This document shows positions 1 to 7,463 of a stretch of DNA of 15,429 nucleotides, piece by piece. The stretch covers positions 1 through 15,429 of the forward strand of contig JBEBGD010000124.1 in assembly GCA_040081625.1 (NCBI GenBank), given 5' to 3'. This DNA is from Chthoniobacteraceae bacterium. GTDB taxonomy: Bacteria; Verrucomicrobiota; Verrucomicrobiia; Chthoniobacterales; Chthoniobacteraceae. Both the position numbers and the translations under genes were made by a program. Each line of letters begins with the position of its first letter. The first letter of the stretch is position 1. The notes below the pieces were generated by a model. The model was not told the origin of the DNA. It saw only the letters and a list, made by a program, of their open reading frames with translations, and searched no databases.

Positions 1-2
1 AA

Positions 3-158
3 GAAATCCTATCGAACCTCGAGCAGCACGAACTCAACGCCGAAGGCAAGCCCACCCTCGCCGAAGCCCCGCCCGCGCAGACCTTCGGCAAGCCCCGCAA
101 CAAAAAGAAAGCCGAGCAAGCCCTCGCGGAGATGAAGCCGCAGATGACGCTGTTTTGA
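3..158 (+). CDS. mutS: 3' end of probable DNA mismatch repair protein MutS (partial, begins upstream of window)
   Basis: Frame from nt 3 reads EILSNLEQHELNAEGKPTLAEAPPAQTFGKPRNKKKAEQALAEMKPQMTLF-stop (TGA 156-158). EILxxLE resembles the helix closing the MutS ATPase domain and QMTLF resembles the QLxLF beta-clamp-binding motif of the MutS tail. Only 51 aa are visible. Confidence 0.7.
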   Translation, partial: EILSNLEQHELNAEGKPTLAEAPPAQTFGKPRNKKKAEQALAEMKPQMTLF

Positions 159-161
159 GGA

Positions 162-179
162 TGGAGCGCCGGCGCTCCA
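162..179. repeat. Perfect 18-bp palindrome TGGAGCGCCGGCGCTCCA between convergent genes (REP-like or terminator-like hairpin)
   Basis: The sequence equals its own reverse complement and fills most of the 27-bp gap between the stop at 158 and the convergent stop at 186. There is no poly-U tail on either strand. Confidence 0.6.
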
Positions 180-185
180 GGATGG

Positions 186-1412
186 CTACAGCTCGCAGAC
201 CTCGCGCTTCTCGACGAAAATCTTCAGCCCTTCCTTCGCGAAGTTGTTCATCAGCGGCTCGGGGTCGAGCGCTTCGGGCATCATCACGCCGCGCTCCTTG
301 ATCTGGCCTTCTACGAGCAAGCGCGCGGCGAGTGCGGGTGGGATGCCGGTCTGCACGACGGTGAGCGAATAGCCAAGCTTTTCGTAGGTCTCGCGGTGGT
401 CGTCCATCGTGTAGATGAAATACTCGACGCGCCGTCCGTCCTTCGTGCCGATGACCTCGGTGCCGACGCACGAGACGCCTTCGATGTTCGAGCCGAGCGA
501 CGCGGGCTTCGGCAGGTTTGCGGTGGCGACGCGCACGGGGCTGATGTCGCAGCCATCGACCTTCACTTTTTTCCAAGTGTCGAGGTTGAGCAGCGCGAGC
601 GATTTCGCGATGCCGATGACCTTTTCGCTGAGCGTGTATTTGAAGACCGAGTAGCGCACGCCCTTTTCCACGAAGGGCCGATACTGGCCGAGCGACACGC
701 CCTCCTCATGCGCGACGGCGTAGGTTTTCATGAGCCCGAGCGGCGGCGGGAAACGATACCACTCGACTTCGGTCTCGAGCGGTTTGCCGGACATGACGCG
801 CCCGTCCTTCACGTAGTAAGGCATCGCGCCGAGTTCCTCGAAGAGCGTCTCGGGCGAGAAGAGCACGGCGAAGCGGTAGCCGCGCACCTCGGCGTTGTCG
901 GCGTCCATCACGCGGATGCTCTCGGCGGTGTCGAGCCGGTCCATGGCCCAGCGCGCGAAAACATTCACGGCGCCGGGATCGCAGCCCATGCAGAGGATGC
1001 CGGCGATGTTCTTCTCGCGGAAGCGCGCGTCGAACGCGTCGATCTCGGCTTCGTAGCTGTTCTTCGCGGGCTTCTTCACGCCGCGCGGGGAGAAGATGTC
1101 CGCCGCCATGTCGAGGTAGTGCGAGCCGGCCTGCGCGCAGGCTTCGAGCACGCTGTGGTTCGCCTGCCATGTGCAGGCGTTGAGCGTCACCGCGATCTGC
1201 CGCTCGCGCATGAACCCGGCGAGCTGGGCCGTGTCCGTGGCGTTGAGTTGCGCGACTTCGAAGCGGCTGTTCTTCGTGTTCGTGTCGAGCCGCTGCGCGT
1301 GCGTGGTGTCCACGTCCGCGAGGATGATCCGCTCGAAACACGAATAGCCGTGCAGCTTCTGTCCGATGACAGACCCGACTCCGCCCATGCCGATGATGAG
1401 TGCGTTGGCCAT
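186..1412 (-). CDS. Saccharopine dehydrogenase family protein (carboxy(nor)spermidine dehydrogenase-like), NAD(P)-dependent
   Basis: 408 aa. N-terminal Rossmann motif IIGMGGVG with IILAD, plus HYLDMA, GCDPG, FSPETLFEE and HEE motifs, and a C-terminal TGIPPALAARLL...G..PEALDPEP as in this family. Confidence 0.85.
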   Translation of the reverse strand: MANALIIGMGGVGSVIGQKLHGYSCFERIILADVDTTHAQRLDTNTKNSRFEVAQLNATDTAQLAGFMRERQIAVTLNACTWQANHSVLEACAQAGSHYLDMAADIFSPRGVKKPAKNSYEAEIDAFDARFREKNIAGILCMGCDPGAVNVFARWAMDRLDTAESIRVMDADNAEVRGYRFAVLFSPETLFEELGAMPYYVKDGRVMSGKPLETEVEWYRFPPPLGLMKTYAVAHEEGVSLGQYRPFVEKGVRYSVFKYTLSEKVIGIAKSLALLNLDTWKKVKVDGCDISPVRVATANLPKPASLGSNIEGVSCVGTEVIGTKDGRRVEYFIYTMDDHRETYEKLGYSLTVVQTGIPPALAARLLVEGQIKERGVMMPEALDPEPLMNNFAKEGLKIFVEKREVCEL

Positions 1413-1420
1413 GGGGCAGC

Positions 1421-1490
1421 TTCGGGTTTCGGGTTTCGGGTTTCAAGTTTCGCGTTTTCCCACCCGCAGCCCGAACCCGAAACTCGAAAC
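1421..1490. repeat. Tandem heptamer repeats followed by their inverted copies (hairpin)
   Basis: Left arm 1421-1455: TTCGGGT x3, TTCAAGT, TTCGCGT. Right arm 1463-1490: CCCGCAG CCCGAAC CCGAAAC TCGAAAC (reverse-complement units). It fills almost all of the intergenic region 1413-1490. Confidence 0.85.
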
Positions 1491-2357
1491 CTACTTCAGC
1501 GGCCGGGCGACCATGATGCCGGCGATGCTCTTGAAACGGTTAAGGTATTCGCTCAGCCGCGAATCGACGACGACTTTGCCGTAGTTGCGCGGATGGGAGG
1601 CGTGCATGAAGCGCAGCACTCCGTCGCCGCCCCGAACCGCGAGCCCGACGTGCGACGTGCCGTAGCCGCCGGAGTCGCGCGTGGCGACGCAGATGACGTC
1701 GCCATTGCGAAGCTTGCCCTCGATCCCGGCGACCTTGCCCTTGGCCAGCATCGTCATGCCGATGTCCTCGACTCGCGACTCCATGCGGCGGATGCCGGCG
1801 CGCAGGTCGGGATTGGCTTTCATGTAACGGTAGCTGCGCCAGTTCACGGTCATCTCGCGCGCCGTCGCCGACACGCGACTACCGCCGAGGCTGCCGGTGA
1901 TATTCTGCACGAGGCCACGCCGCGCGTTATCGACGATCCATTCCTCGAGGTAATGCAGCCGCGAGAGATACGAGCCGTCGCAATCGCCGCCCCGATAGCG
2001 GTCCATCTCGATGTATTTCAGGAAAGTCTGCGGCGTCCACTGCGCGGGCGGTTCATCGAGCATCCGGGCGAAGGCGAGCGCCTGCTCGAAGAAGGTCCAG
2101 CAATCCATCGCCAGCAGATTCGCCGACGGCGCCTCGATGCGGTTGTCGATCTCGAGCGTGTAGTTCTTGTAAGGCGTGCCCGTCATCGCCCTGCCGACCG
2201 CCGCCGTGCGTTCGCCGATCGGCAGCGCCTTCCACTTCCCGCCCTGCGCGACGAGCGCGTCGAACTTCGAGCGGCCCTTGAACACGGTCTCGAAGGGCAG
2301 GCCCGCCGCGGATGCGAAAAGCGGGACGAGCAGGACGAAGAGCATGGCGGATTTCAT
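1491..2357 (-). CDS. Secreted DUF1460 family N-acetylmuramoyl-L-alanine amidase-like protein (NlpC/P60 superfamily)
   Basis: Start reassigned to ATG at 2357 (MKSAMLFVLLVPLFASAAG, signal-peptide-like), 288 aa. Motifs GTPY...TLE, DCWTF (catalytic Cys), RYRGG...YLSRLHYLEEW, GDVI, SHVG (catalytic His), FMHAS and GIMVARP. Confidence 0.85.
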   Translation of the reverse strand: MKSAMLFVLLVPLFASAAGLPFETVFKGRSKFDALVAQGGKWKALPIGERTAAVGRAMTGTPYKNYTLEIDNRIEAPSANLLAMDCWTFFEQALAFARMLDEPPAQWTPQTFLKYIEMDRYRGGDCDGSYLSRLHYLEEWIVDNARRGLVQNITGSLGGSRVSATAREMTVNWRSYRYMKANPDLRAGIRRMESRVEDIGMTMLAKGKVAGIEGKLRNGDVICVATRDSGGYGTSHVGLAVRGGDGVLRFMHASHPRNYGKVVVDSRLSEYLNRFKSIAGIMVARPLK

Positions 2358-2491
2358 TCGGCGTCCGATAGCGCACTTCGCGCGCCGCTTCCAGCAGCAG
2401 AGCGACGTGCGCGGCGATCTACATAGTTTCCCCGCCGAGATTCGGTAGTCACCCGCGCGAGGCACGCAGGCGGGCTGCTTATTGCAACGGC

Positions 2492-2953
2492 GTGATTCCA
2501 CTTCTCGCCTCCGCATCAATCCTCCCGTCCGCGCTCCGGCCCTCGAATGCCGCGGCTGGACGGACTGACTCCTCCAACCCGAACACCCACCTCGCCGGTC
2601 GCACGGTCCTCGTCGTGGACGACGACGACGCGCTCCGCGCGCTCGCGGCCTTGATGCTCCGGTCCCGGGGCTGGAAGACCTTCCTCGCCTGCAACGGCCT
2701 CGAAGCACTCCAAACCCTCGAGCGCTCGCCGCACATTGACGCGGTCCTGCTCGATCTGCGGATGCCGGTGATGAGTGGCGAGGAAGCCTTCCGCGTCATG
2801 CGCGAGACATGGCCGGACATCGCCGTTGTGGTGACGAGCGGGCTCTCACTGGAAGAGGTCACCGCCCATCTGGGGAACTCCCGGCCCGACGGCGTCGTGC
2901 AGAAACCCTTCTCGCTCGACAACCTCACCGGCGCGCTCTTGCGCGCGCTTTAA
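2492..2953 (+). CDS. Single-domain response regulator (receiver domain, CheY-like)
   Basis: [15 protein letters not shown] (phospho-Asp), VVTSG and QKPF. No output domain. GTG 2492 is the only nearby in-frame start upstream of the receiver core. It ends 14 bp before the MCP start. Confidence 0.85.
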   Translation: MIPLLASASILPSALRPSNAAAGRTDSSNPNTHLAGRTVLVVDDDDALRALAALMLRSRGWKTFLACNGLEALQTLERSPHIDAVLLDLRMPVMSGEEAFRVMRETWPDIAVVVTSGLSLEEVTAHLGNSRPDGVVQKPFSLDNLTGALLRAL

Positions 2954-2967
2954 GCAAACCTGACTCG

Positions 2968-5145
2968 ATGAACACGCTCCTGAACAAACTCAGACTCTGG
3001 CAAAAGATCGTCCTGATCATCGGCGCCTTCGGCGTCGCAGTCTGCATCCTCGCCACCTTCGTCCTCCGCAACTACCTCGACCACCTCAACCTCGCACGCC
3101 AGGAGCGCGCCGGCCTCGCCGTGGCGCGGCCGCTGGGAGATCTGCTGGGCCTGATCGCCGATCACCAACTCCTCGTCACCCGCGATCACTACGGGGATAA
3201 GGCTGCGCGCGGCGAGATGCCGGCCGTGCATGCCCGGATCGACATGGCCTTCGATTCGTTCGCCGATGAACTGCGCAAGCACGCGGCCGACGTGGATTTT
3301 TCCACCGCGCATCTCGAACACACCAGCCGCGCCCACATCCGCCCGGAGACCGTCCGCGCCGAGTGGCAGTCGCTGAAGCCGCGACTCGCTTCCATGCCGC
3401 ACGAGGAGTGCGACGAAATGCACGGGCGCATCCTCGACAACGTCCTGACGACGATCTATCACGTCGCCGACGCCTCGCGACTCGCGCTCGATCCCGCCAT
3501 CGATGCGAACCACCTGATGGTCGGCGTCATCACCTCGCTGCCCCGCCAGCGGCTGCAGGCCGCCGCGCTCGTCGAGCACATCCTCGAACTCGCAAGCAGC
3601 AACACGCCGGAGAACATCGTCGGCGCCGCGGGCAAGGCGGAGCTGCTGCGTGGAGGCGCGCTGCCTCGCGCCATCGAATACATCGGCATCGCGTTGCGCG
3701 AAGACGACGAAGCCTACGGTGTGAGCGAGAGCTTGAACCGCGAGATCAGCCCGCGCCTCGAGACCTTCGAGCAGGCGACCTCCGCGCTGCTGACCTTCGC
3801 CGACCGCTTCATCGCGGGGGATAAAACCGCCGACATCGCCGCGCTGCTTCCCACCGGGAGCAAGGCGCTCAACGCAAGCCAGCAGCTTTGGGAAGCCGGC
3901 GTGAAGGAACTCGACGCGCTGCTCGCCGTGCGCCAGCACCACTTCGAACTGCGCGTCATCGAAGCCATCGCGATCACCCTCGCGGCGATGATCGCCACTT
4001 GCATCCTCTCCTGGCTCATCGTCCGGAACATCAGCCGCCGCCTCAGCCGGCTCACCGTCGCCGCCGAGAAAGCCGCGATCGAGGGCGACCTTTCACACGA
4101 GTTCGACGCCGATGGCGCCGACGAGATCACCACCGTCTCCCGCGCCCTTTCCCGGATGATCGCCTCGCTTCGCAGCGTCGCCTCGGTCGCCGACCAGCTC
4201 GCCGGCGGCGACCTGCGCGCCGAAGTCAACGCGCTCTCCGACCGCGACGTGATGGGCAACGCGCTCGTCAAAATGGTCGGCAGCCTCTCGGGCCTCACCG
4301 TGCAGGTGCAGAAGGCCGCGCTCGTCGTGAATTCCTCGGTCACCGAGATCGCCGCGACTTCCAAGCAGCAGCAGACCACCACGAGCGAAGTCGCCGCGAC
4401 CACCACCGAGATCGGCGCCACCTCCAAGGAAATCTCCGCCACTTCCCGCGAGCTGGTGAAGACCGTCAACCAGGTCTCCGATGTGGCCGAGGAAACCGCG
4501 ACGCTCGCGACCAATGGCCAGGCCAGCCTCGGGCGCATGGAGGAAACGATGGGCCTCTTCGTCGAAGCCGTCGGCTCCATCAACGCCAAGCTCGCCGTGC
4601 TCAACGAAAAGGCCGGCAACATCAATCAGGTCGTCACCACCATCACCAAGGTCGCCGACCAGACGAACCTGCTCTCGCTCAACGCCGCCATCGAAGCCGA
4701 GAAGGCCGGCGAATACGGCCGCGGCTTTGCGGTCGTCGCCACCGAGATCCGCCGCCTCGCCGACCAGACCGCCGTCGCCACCTTCGACATCGAGCAGATG
4801 GTCAAGGAGATGCAAAGCGCCGTCGCCGCGGGCGTCATGGGCATGGACAAATTTGGCGAGCAGGTGCGCCGCGGCGTGCAGGAAGTCCAGGACGTGAGCA
4901 GCCAGCTCGCGCAGATCATCACGCAGGTGCAGACGCTCAGCCCGCGCTTCGCCACGGTGAATGAAGGCATGCAGGCACAGGCCGCCGGCGCAGACCAGAT
5001 CACGCAGGCACTCACGCAGCTCAGCGAAGCCACGCAGCAGACCGCCGAGTCGCTGCGCCAGTCCAGCCTCAGCATCGACCAGCTCCAGGACGCCTCGCGC
5101 GGGATGCTCACGAGCCTCGACGGCTTCAAACTCCGCGCCGCCTAA
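2968..5145 (+). CDS. wspA: WspA-like methyl-accepting chemoreceptor
   Basis: ATG 2968, 725 aa. TM1 ([20 protein letters not shown]), ~295-aa extracytoplasmic region, TM2 ([20 protein letters not shown]), HAMP region(s), and a signalling domain with [57 protein letters not shown] typical of the WspA clade. Confidence 0.92.
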   Translation: MNTLLNKLRLWQKIVLIIGAFGVAVCILATFVLRNYLDHLNLARQERAGLAVARPLGDLLGLIADHQLLVTRDHYGDKAARGEMPAVHARIDMAFDSFADELRKHAADVDFSTAHLEHTSRAHIRPETVRAEWQSLKPRLASMPHEECDEMHGRILDNVLTTIYHVADASRLALDPAIDANHLMVGVITSLPRQRLQAAALVEHILELASSNTPENIVGAAGKAELLRGGALPRAIEYIGIALREDDEAYGVSESLNREISPRLETFEQATSALLTFADRFIAGDKTADIAALLPTGSKALNASQQLWEAGVKELDALLAVRQHHFELRVIEAIAITLAAMIATCILSWLIVRNISRRLSRLTVAAEKAAIEGDLSHEFDADGADEITTVSRALSRMIASLRSVASVADQLAGGDLRAEVNALSDRDVMGNALVKMVGSLSGLTVQVQKAALVVNSSVTEIAATSKQQQTTTSEVAATTTEIGATSKEISATSRELVKTVNQVSDVAEETATLATNGQASLGRMEETMGLFVEAVGSINAKLAVLNEKAGNINQVVTTITKVADQTNLLSLNAAIEAEKAGEYGRGFAVVATEIRRLADQTAVATFDIEQMVKEMQSAVAAGVMGMDKFGEQVRRGVQEVQDVSSQLAQIITQVQTLSPRFATVNEGMQAQAAGADQITQALTQLSEATQQTAESLRQSSLSIDQLQDASRGMLTSLDGFKLRAA

Positions 5146-5149
5146 GCCC

Positions 5150-5602
5150 ATGCTCTTCGTCGTCTTCCAGATCGCCGGGGACCGCTACGCGATCGATGCG
5201 CGCGAGCTCGTGGAGATCCTCCCGCTCGTGAAGATCAAGCAACTGCCGCAGGCTCCCGCGGGCGTCGCCGGCGTGCTCGATTACCACGGCCTCTCAGTGC
5301 CGGCCATCGACGTGAGCGCCATCGCACTCGGCACCGCCGCGGCAGGTCGCATCAGCACACGCATCCTCATCGTGGAAAATTCCGCCTGCCAGCGCATGGC
5401 GCTCATCGCCGAACGCGCGAACGAACTGCTCATCCGCGACGTGTCCGAGTTCACCGACACCGGCGTCTCCGTCAGCGGCGCGCCTTACCTCGGCCCCGTC
5501 ACGCGCGACGCGCACGGCCTCGTGCAGTGGATCACCCCGGACAAGCTGCTCTCGCCCGAAGTCCGCGACGCCCTCTGCCTGCAAATGGAGGAAGCCGCAT
5601 GA
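5150..5602 (+). CDS. wspB: CheW-like scaffold protein WspB
   Basis: ATG 5150, 150 aa. MLFVVFQIAGDRYAID, LPQAPAGVAGVLDYHG, PAIDVS, STRILIV, APYLGPV and LVQWI. Lies directly after the MCP gene. Confidence 0.9.
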   Translation: MLFVVFQIAGDRYAIDARELVEILPLVKIKQLPQAPAGVAGVLDYHGLSVPAIDVSAIALGTAAAGRISTRILIVENSACQRMALIAERANELLIRDVSEFTDTGVSVSGAPYLGPVTRDAHGLVQWITPDKLLSPEVRDALCLQMEEAA

Positions 5603-6804
5603 GCGAGGAGATCGCGCGCATCCTCCACGCGACGATCGGACTCGACGCCGCGTCGATCGGCCTCTCGGCCATCGAGCGCGCCGTGCTGCAGCGCGTCGCC
5701 GCCTGCCGCATCTCCGGGCCTCATACCTACGCGCAGCATCTCCGCTCCACTCCGGGGGAAATGCAGGCGCTCGTCGAGGCCGTCGTCGTCCCGGAGACGT
5801 GGTTCTTCCGCGACGCGAAAGCCTTCGAGGCCGTCGCCGCGCACGCACGCAGCTCGACAAAACCGGACCGCCTCAACTTCGTCACCATCCCGTGCTCGAC
5901 CGGCGAAGAGCCCTACTCGCTCGCCATGGCGATGCTCGACGCCGGCATCCCCGCCTCGCGCTTTCACATCGACGCCTACGACGTGAGCGAGCGCGCGCTC
6001 GCCCACGCGCGCGCCGGCGTCTACGGCCGCAATTCCTTCCGCGGCCGCGATGTCGAGTTCCGCGATCGCTACTTCGAGGCCACGCCCGAGGGTCACCGCA
6101 TCGCGCCCGCCGTGCGCGAGTGCGTGCAATTTCACCACGGCAATCTCCTCGAGGAATCCTCGGTCACCCGCGGCCGCACCTACGACGCCGTCTTCTGCCG
6201 CAACCTGCTCATCTACTTCGATCCCGACACACAGCATCGCGCGATCACCACGCTCGAGCGATTGCTCGCGCAGGATGGCCTCTTCTGCGTCGGCCCCGCC
6301 GAGACGGGCCTGCTCGCCGCGCGCGACTTCACCCACACGCGCATCTCGCTCGCGTTCGCCTTTCGCAAAGGTCGCCCGCAGCCCGCGCCCGTCGCGCAGC
6401 CGACATCGAAGCGCGCGATCCCCGCTCCCGTCAGCAAGCCGAAGCCACTCGCCAAGCCTTCGCCCAACCCCGCGCCAAAGCCCGTCGCCGCGCCGGTCGC
6501 CGATCTCGCGCACGCCACGCGCCTCGCCGACGAAGGCCGTCTCGCCGAGGTCGAGGCCATCTGCGAAGCGTCCATCCAGCAGTCCGGCCCGTCCGCCCAG
6601 GCCCACTTCCTCCTCGGCCTCGTCAACGACGCCGCCGACCGCGCCGTCGCCGCCACAGCGCACTATCGCAAGGCGATCTATCTCAACCCACAGCACCACG
6701 ACGCGCTGCTGCACTACTCGCTGCTCACCGCCCGCCACGGCGACGCGAACGCCGCGCTCGCCCTCCGCAAACGCGCCCAGCGCTGCACCGAACAAGCCGC
6801 ATGA
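5599..6804 (+). CDS. wspC: CheR-type methyltransferase with C-terminal TPR (WspC)
   Basis: ATG 5599 (ATGA overlap), 401 aa. VVPETWFFRD, IPCSTGEEPYSLAM, YGRNSFRG and FCRNLLIYFD, then a Pro/Lys-rich linker and a TPR (AHFLLGLV...YRKAIYLNPQH). Confidence 0.92.
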   Translation: MSEEIARILHATIGLDAASIGLSAIERAVLQRVAACRISGPHTYAQHLRSTPGEMQALVEAVVVPETWFFRDAKAFEAVAAHARSSTKPDRLNFVTIPCSTGEEPYSLAMAMLDAGIPASRFHIDAYDVSERALAHARAGVYGRNSFRGRDVEFRDRYFEATPEGHRIAPAVRECVQFHHGNLLEESSVTRGRTYDAVFCRNLLIYFDPDTQHRAITTLERLLAQDGLFCVGPAETGLLAARDFTHTRISLAFAFRKGRPQPAPVAQPTSKRAIPAPVSKPKPLAKPSPNPAPKPVAAPVADLAHATRLADEGRLAEVEAICEASIQQSGPSAQAHFLLGLVNDAADRAVAATAHYRKAIYLNPQHHDALLHYSLLTARHGDANAALALRKRAQRCTEQAA

Positions 6805-7463
6805 TCAATCTCCACGACTGTTGGAACTCCATCGGCGTGCAAGGCGACGGCAGTTGCCCCGAGCTGGCCAGGGCCGTCCACTGCCGCAACTGCCCCGTCT
6901 ATTCCGGCGCAGCCGCCGCGCTGCTCGATCGCGAGATCGACGACGAATACCTCACCCGCTGGGCCGGCCACTACCGCGCCACCAAGCAGGACACCACGCT
7001 CGGCACCGACTCCGTCGTCATCTTCCGCATCGGCCCCGAGTGGCTTGCGCTGCCTGCCCGCGTCTTCGAGGAAGTGTGCGCGCTCCGGCCCATCCACTCG
7101 CTGCCCCATCGCCGTAACGGCCACGTGCTCGGCGTCGTCAACGTCCGCGGCGCGCTGCTCGTCTGCGTCTCGCTCCACTCGCTCCTCGCCATCGACCGCG
7201 CGCCCGACACGAAGCACGCGCACCGGCATCTCGTCCACGAACGTCTGCTCGTGACCAGCCGCGACGGCGAGCGGCTCGCCTTCCCCGTCGATGAAATTCA
7301 CGGCATCCACCGCTGCCATCCCGAGCAGCTCGGCGCAGTGCCCGCGACCATCGCGAAATCCACGGCCACCTACACGCGCGCGATTCTGCCGTGGCAGGAA
7401 AGGTCCGTCGGTCTGCTCGACGACCAGTTCGTCTTCTACTCCCTCAACAAAAGCATCGCATGA
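6801..7463 (+). CDS. wspD: CheW-like protein with Cys-rich N-terminus (WspD)
   Basis: ATG 6801 (ATGA overlap), 220 aa. DCWNSIGVQGDGSCPEL...HCRNCPVY, FRIGPEWLALP, IHSLPHR, GVVNVRG and FPVDEIHGIHR. Confidence 0.92.
   Translation: MINLHDCWNSIGVQGDGSCPELARAVHCRNCPVYSGAAAALLDREIDDEYLTRWAGHYRATKQDTTLGTDSVVIFRIGPEWLALPARVFEEVCALRPIHSLPHRRNGHVLGVVNVRGALLVCVSLHSLLAIDRAPDTKHAHRHLVHERLLVTSRDGERLAFPVDEIHGIHRCHPEQLGAVPATIAKSTATYTRAILPWQERSVGLLDDQFVFYSLNKSIA

Noticed and set aside
1421..1490. CRISPR array or IS terminal repeats
   Set aside because: The units are 7 bp with no spacers, and there is no cas or transposase gene in the window.
396..2426. 676-aa plus-strand ORF spanning two genes
   Set aside because: Antisense shadow of the dehydrogenase and DUF1460 genes in high-GC DNA. 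It has no recognisable motifs and reads through the heptamer repeat.
2470..2486. Sigma54-like GG-N10-GC element (GCGGGCTGCTTATTGCA) upstream of the operon
   Set aside because: The -24 half matches poorly, and the implied TSS (~2497) would fall downstream of the only usable start codon (GTG 2492).
2358..2708. 117-aa N-terminal extension of the DUF1460 ORF in the track
   Set aside because: Arg-rich non-protein-like sequence overlapping the divergent receiver gene. The signal peptide begins at ATG 2357.
6370..6505. Repetitive-looking AAGCC-rich stretch in wspC
   Set aside because: Explained by the Pro/Lys/Ala linker between the CheR and TPR domains.
5799..6800. Long N-terminal extension of WspD (554-aa ORF) suggesting a fusion or overlapping gene
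   Set aside because: Alternative frame of wspC with Arg/Pro-rich composition. WspD homology starts at ATG 6801.
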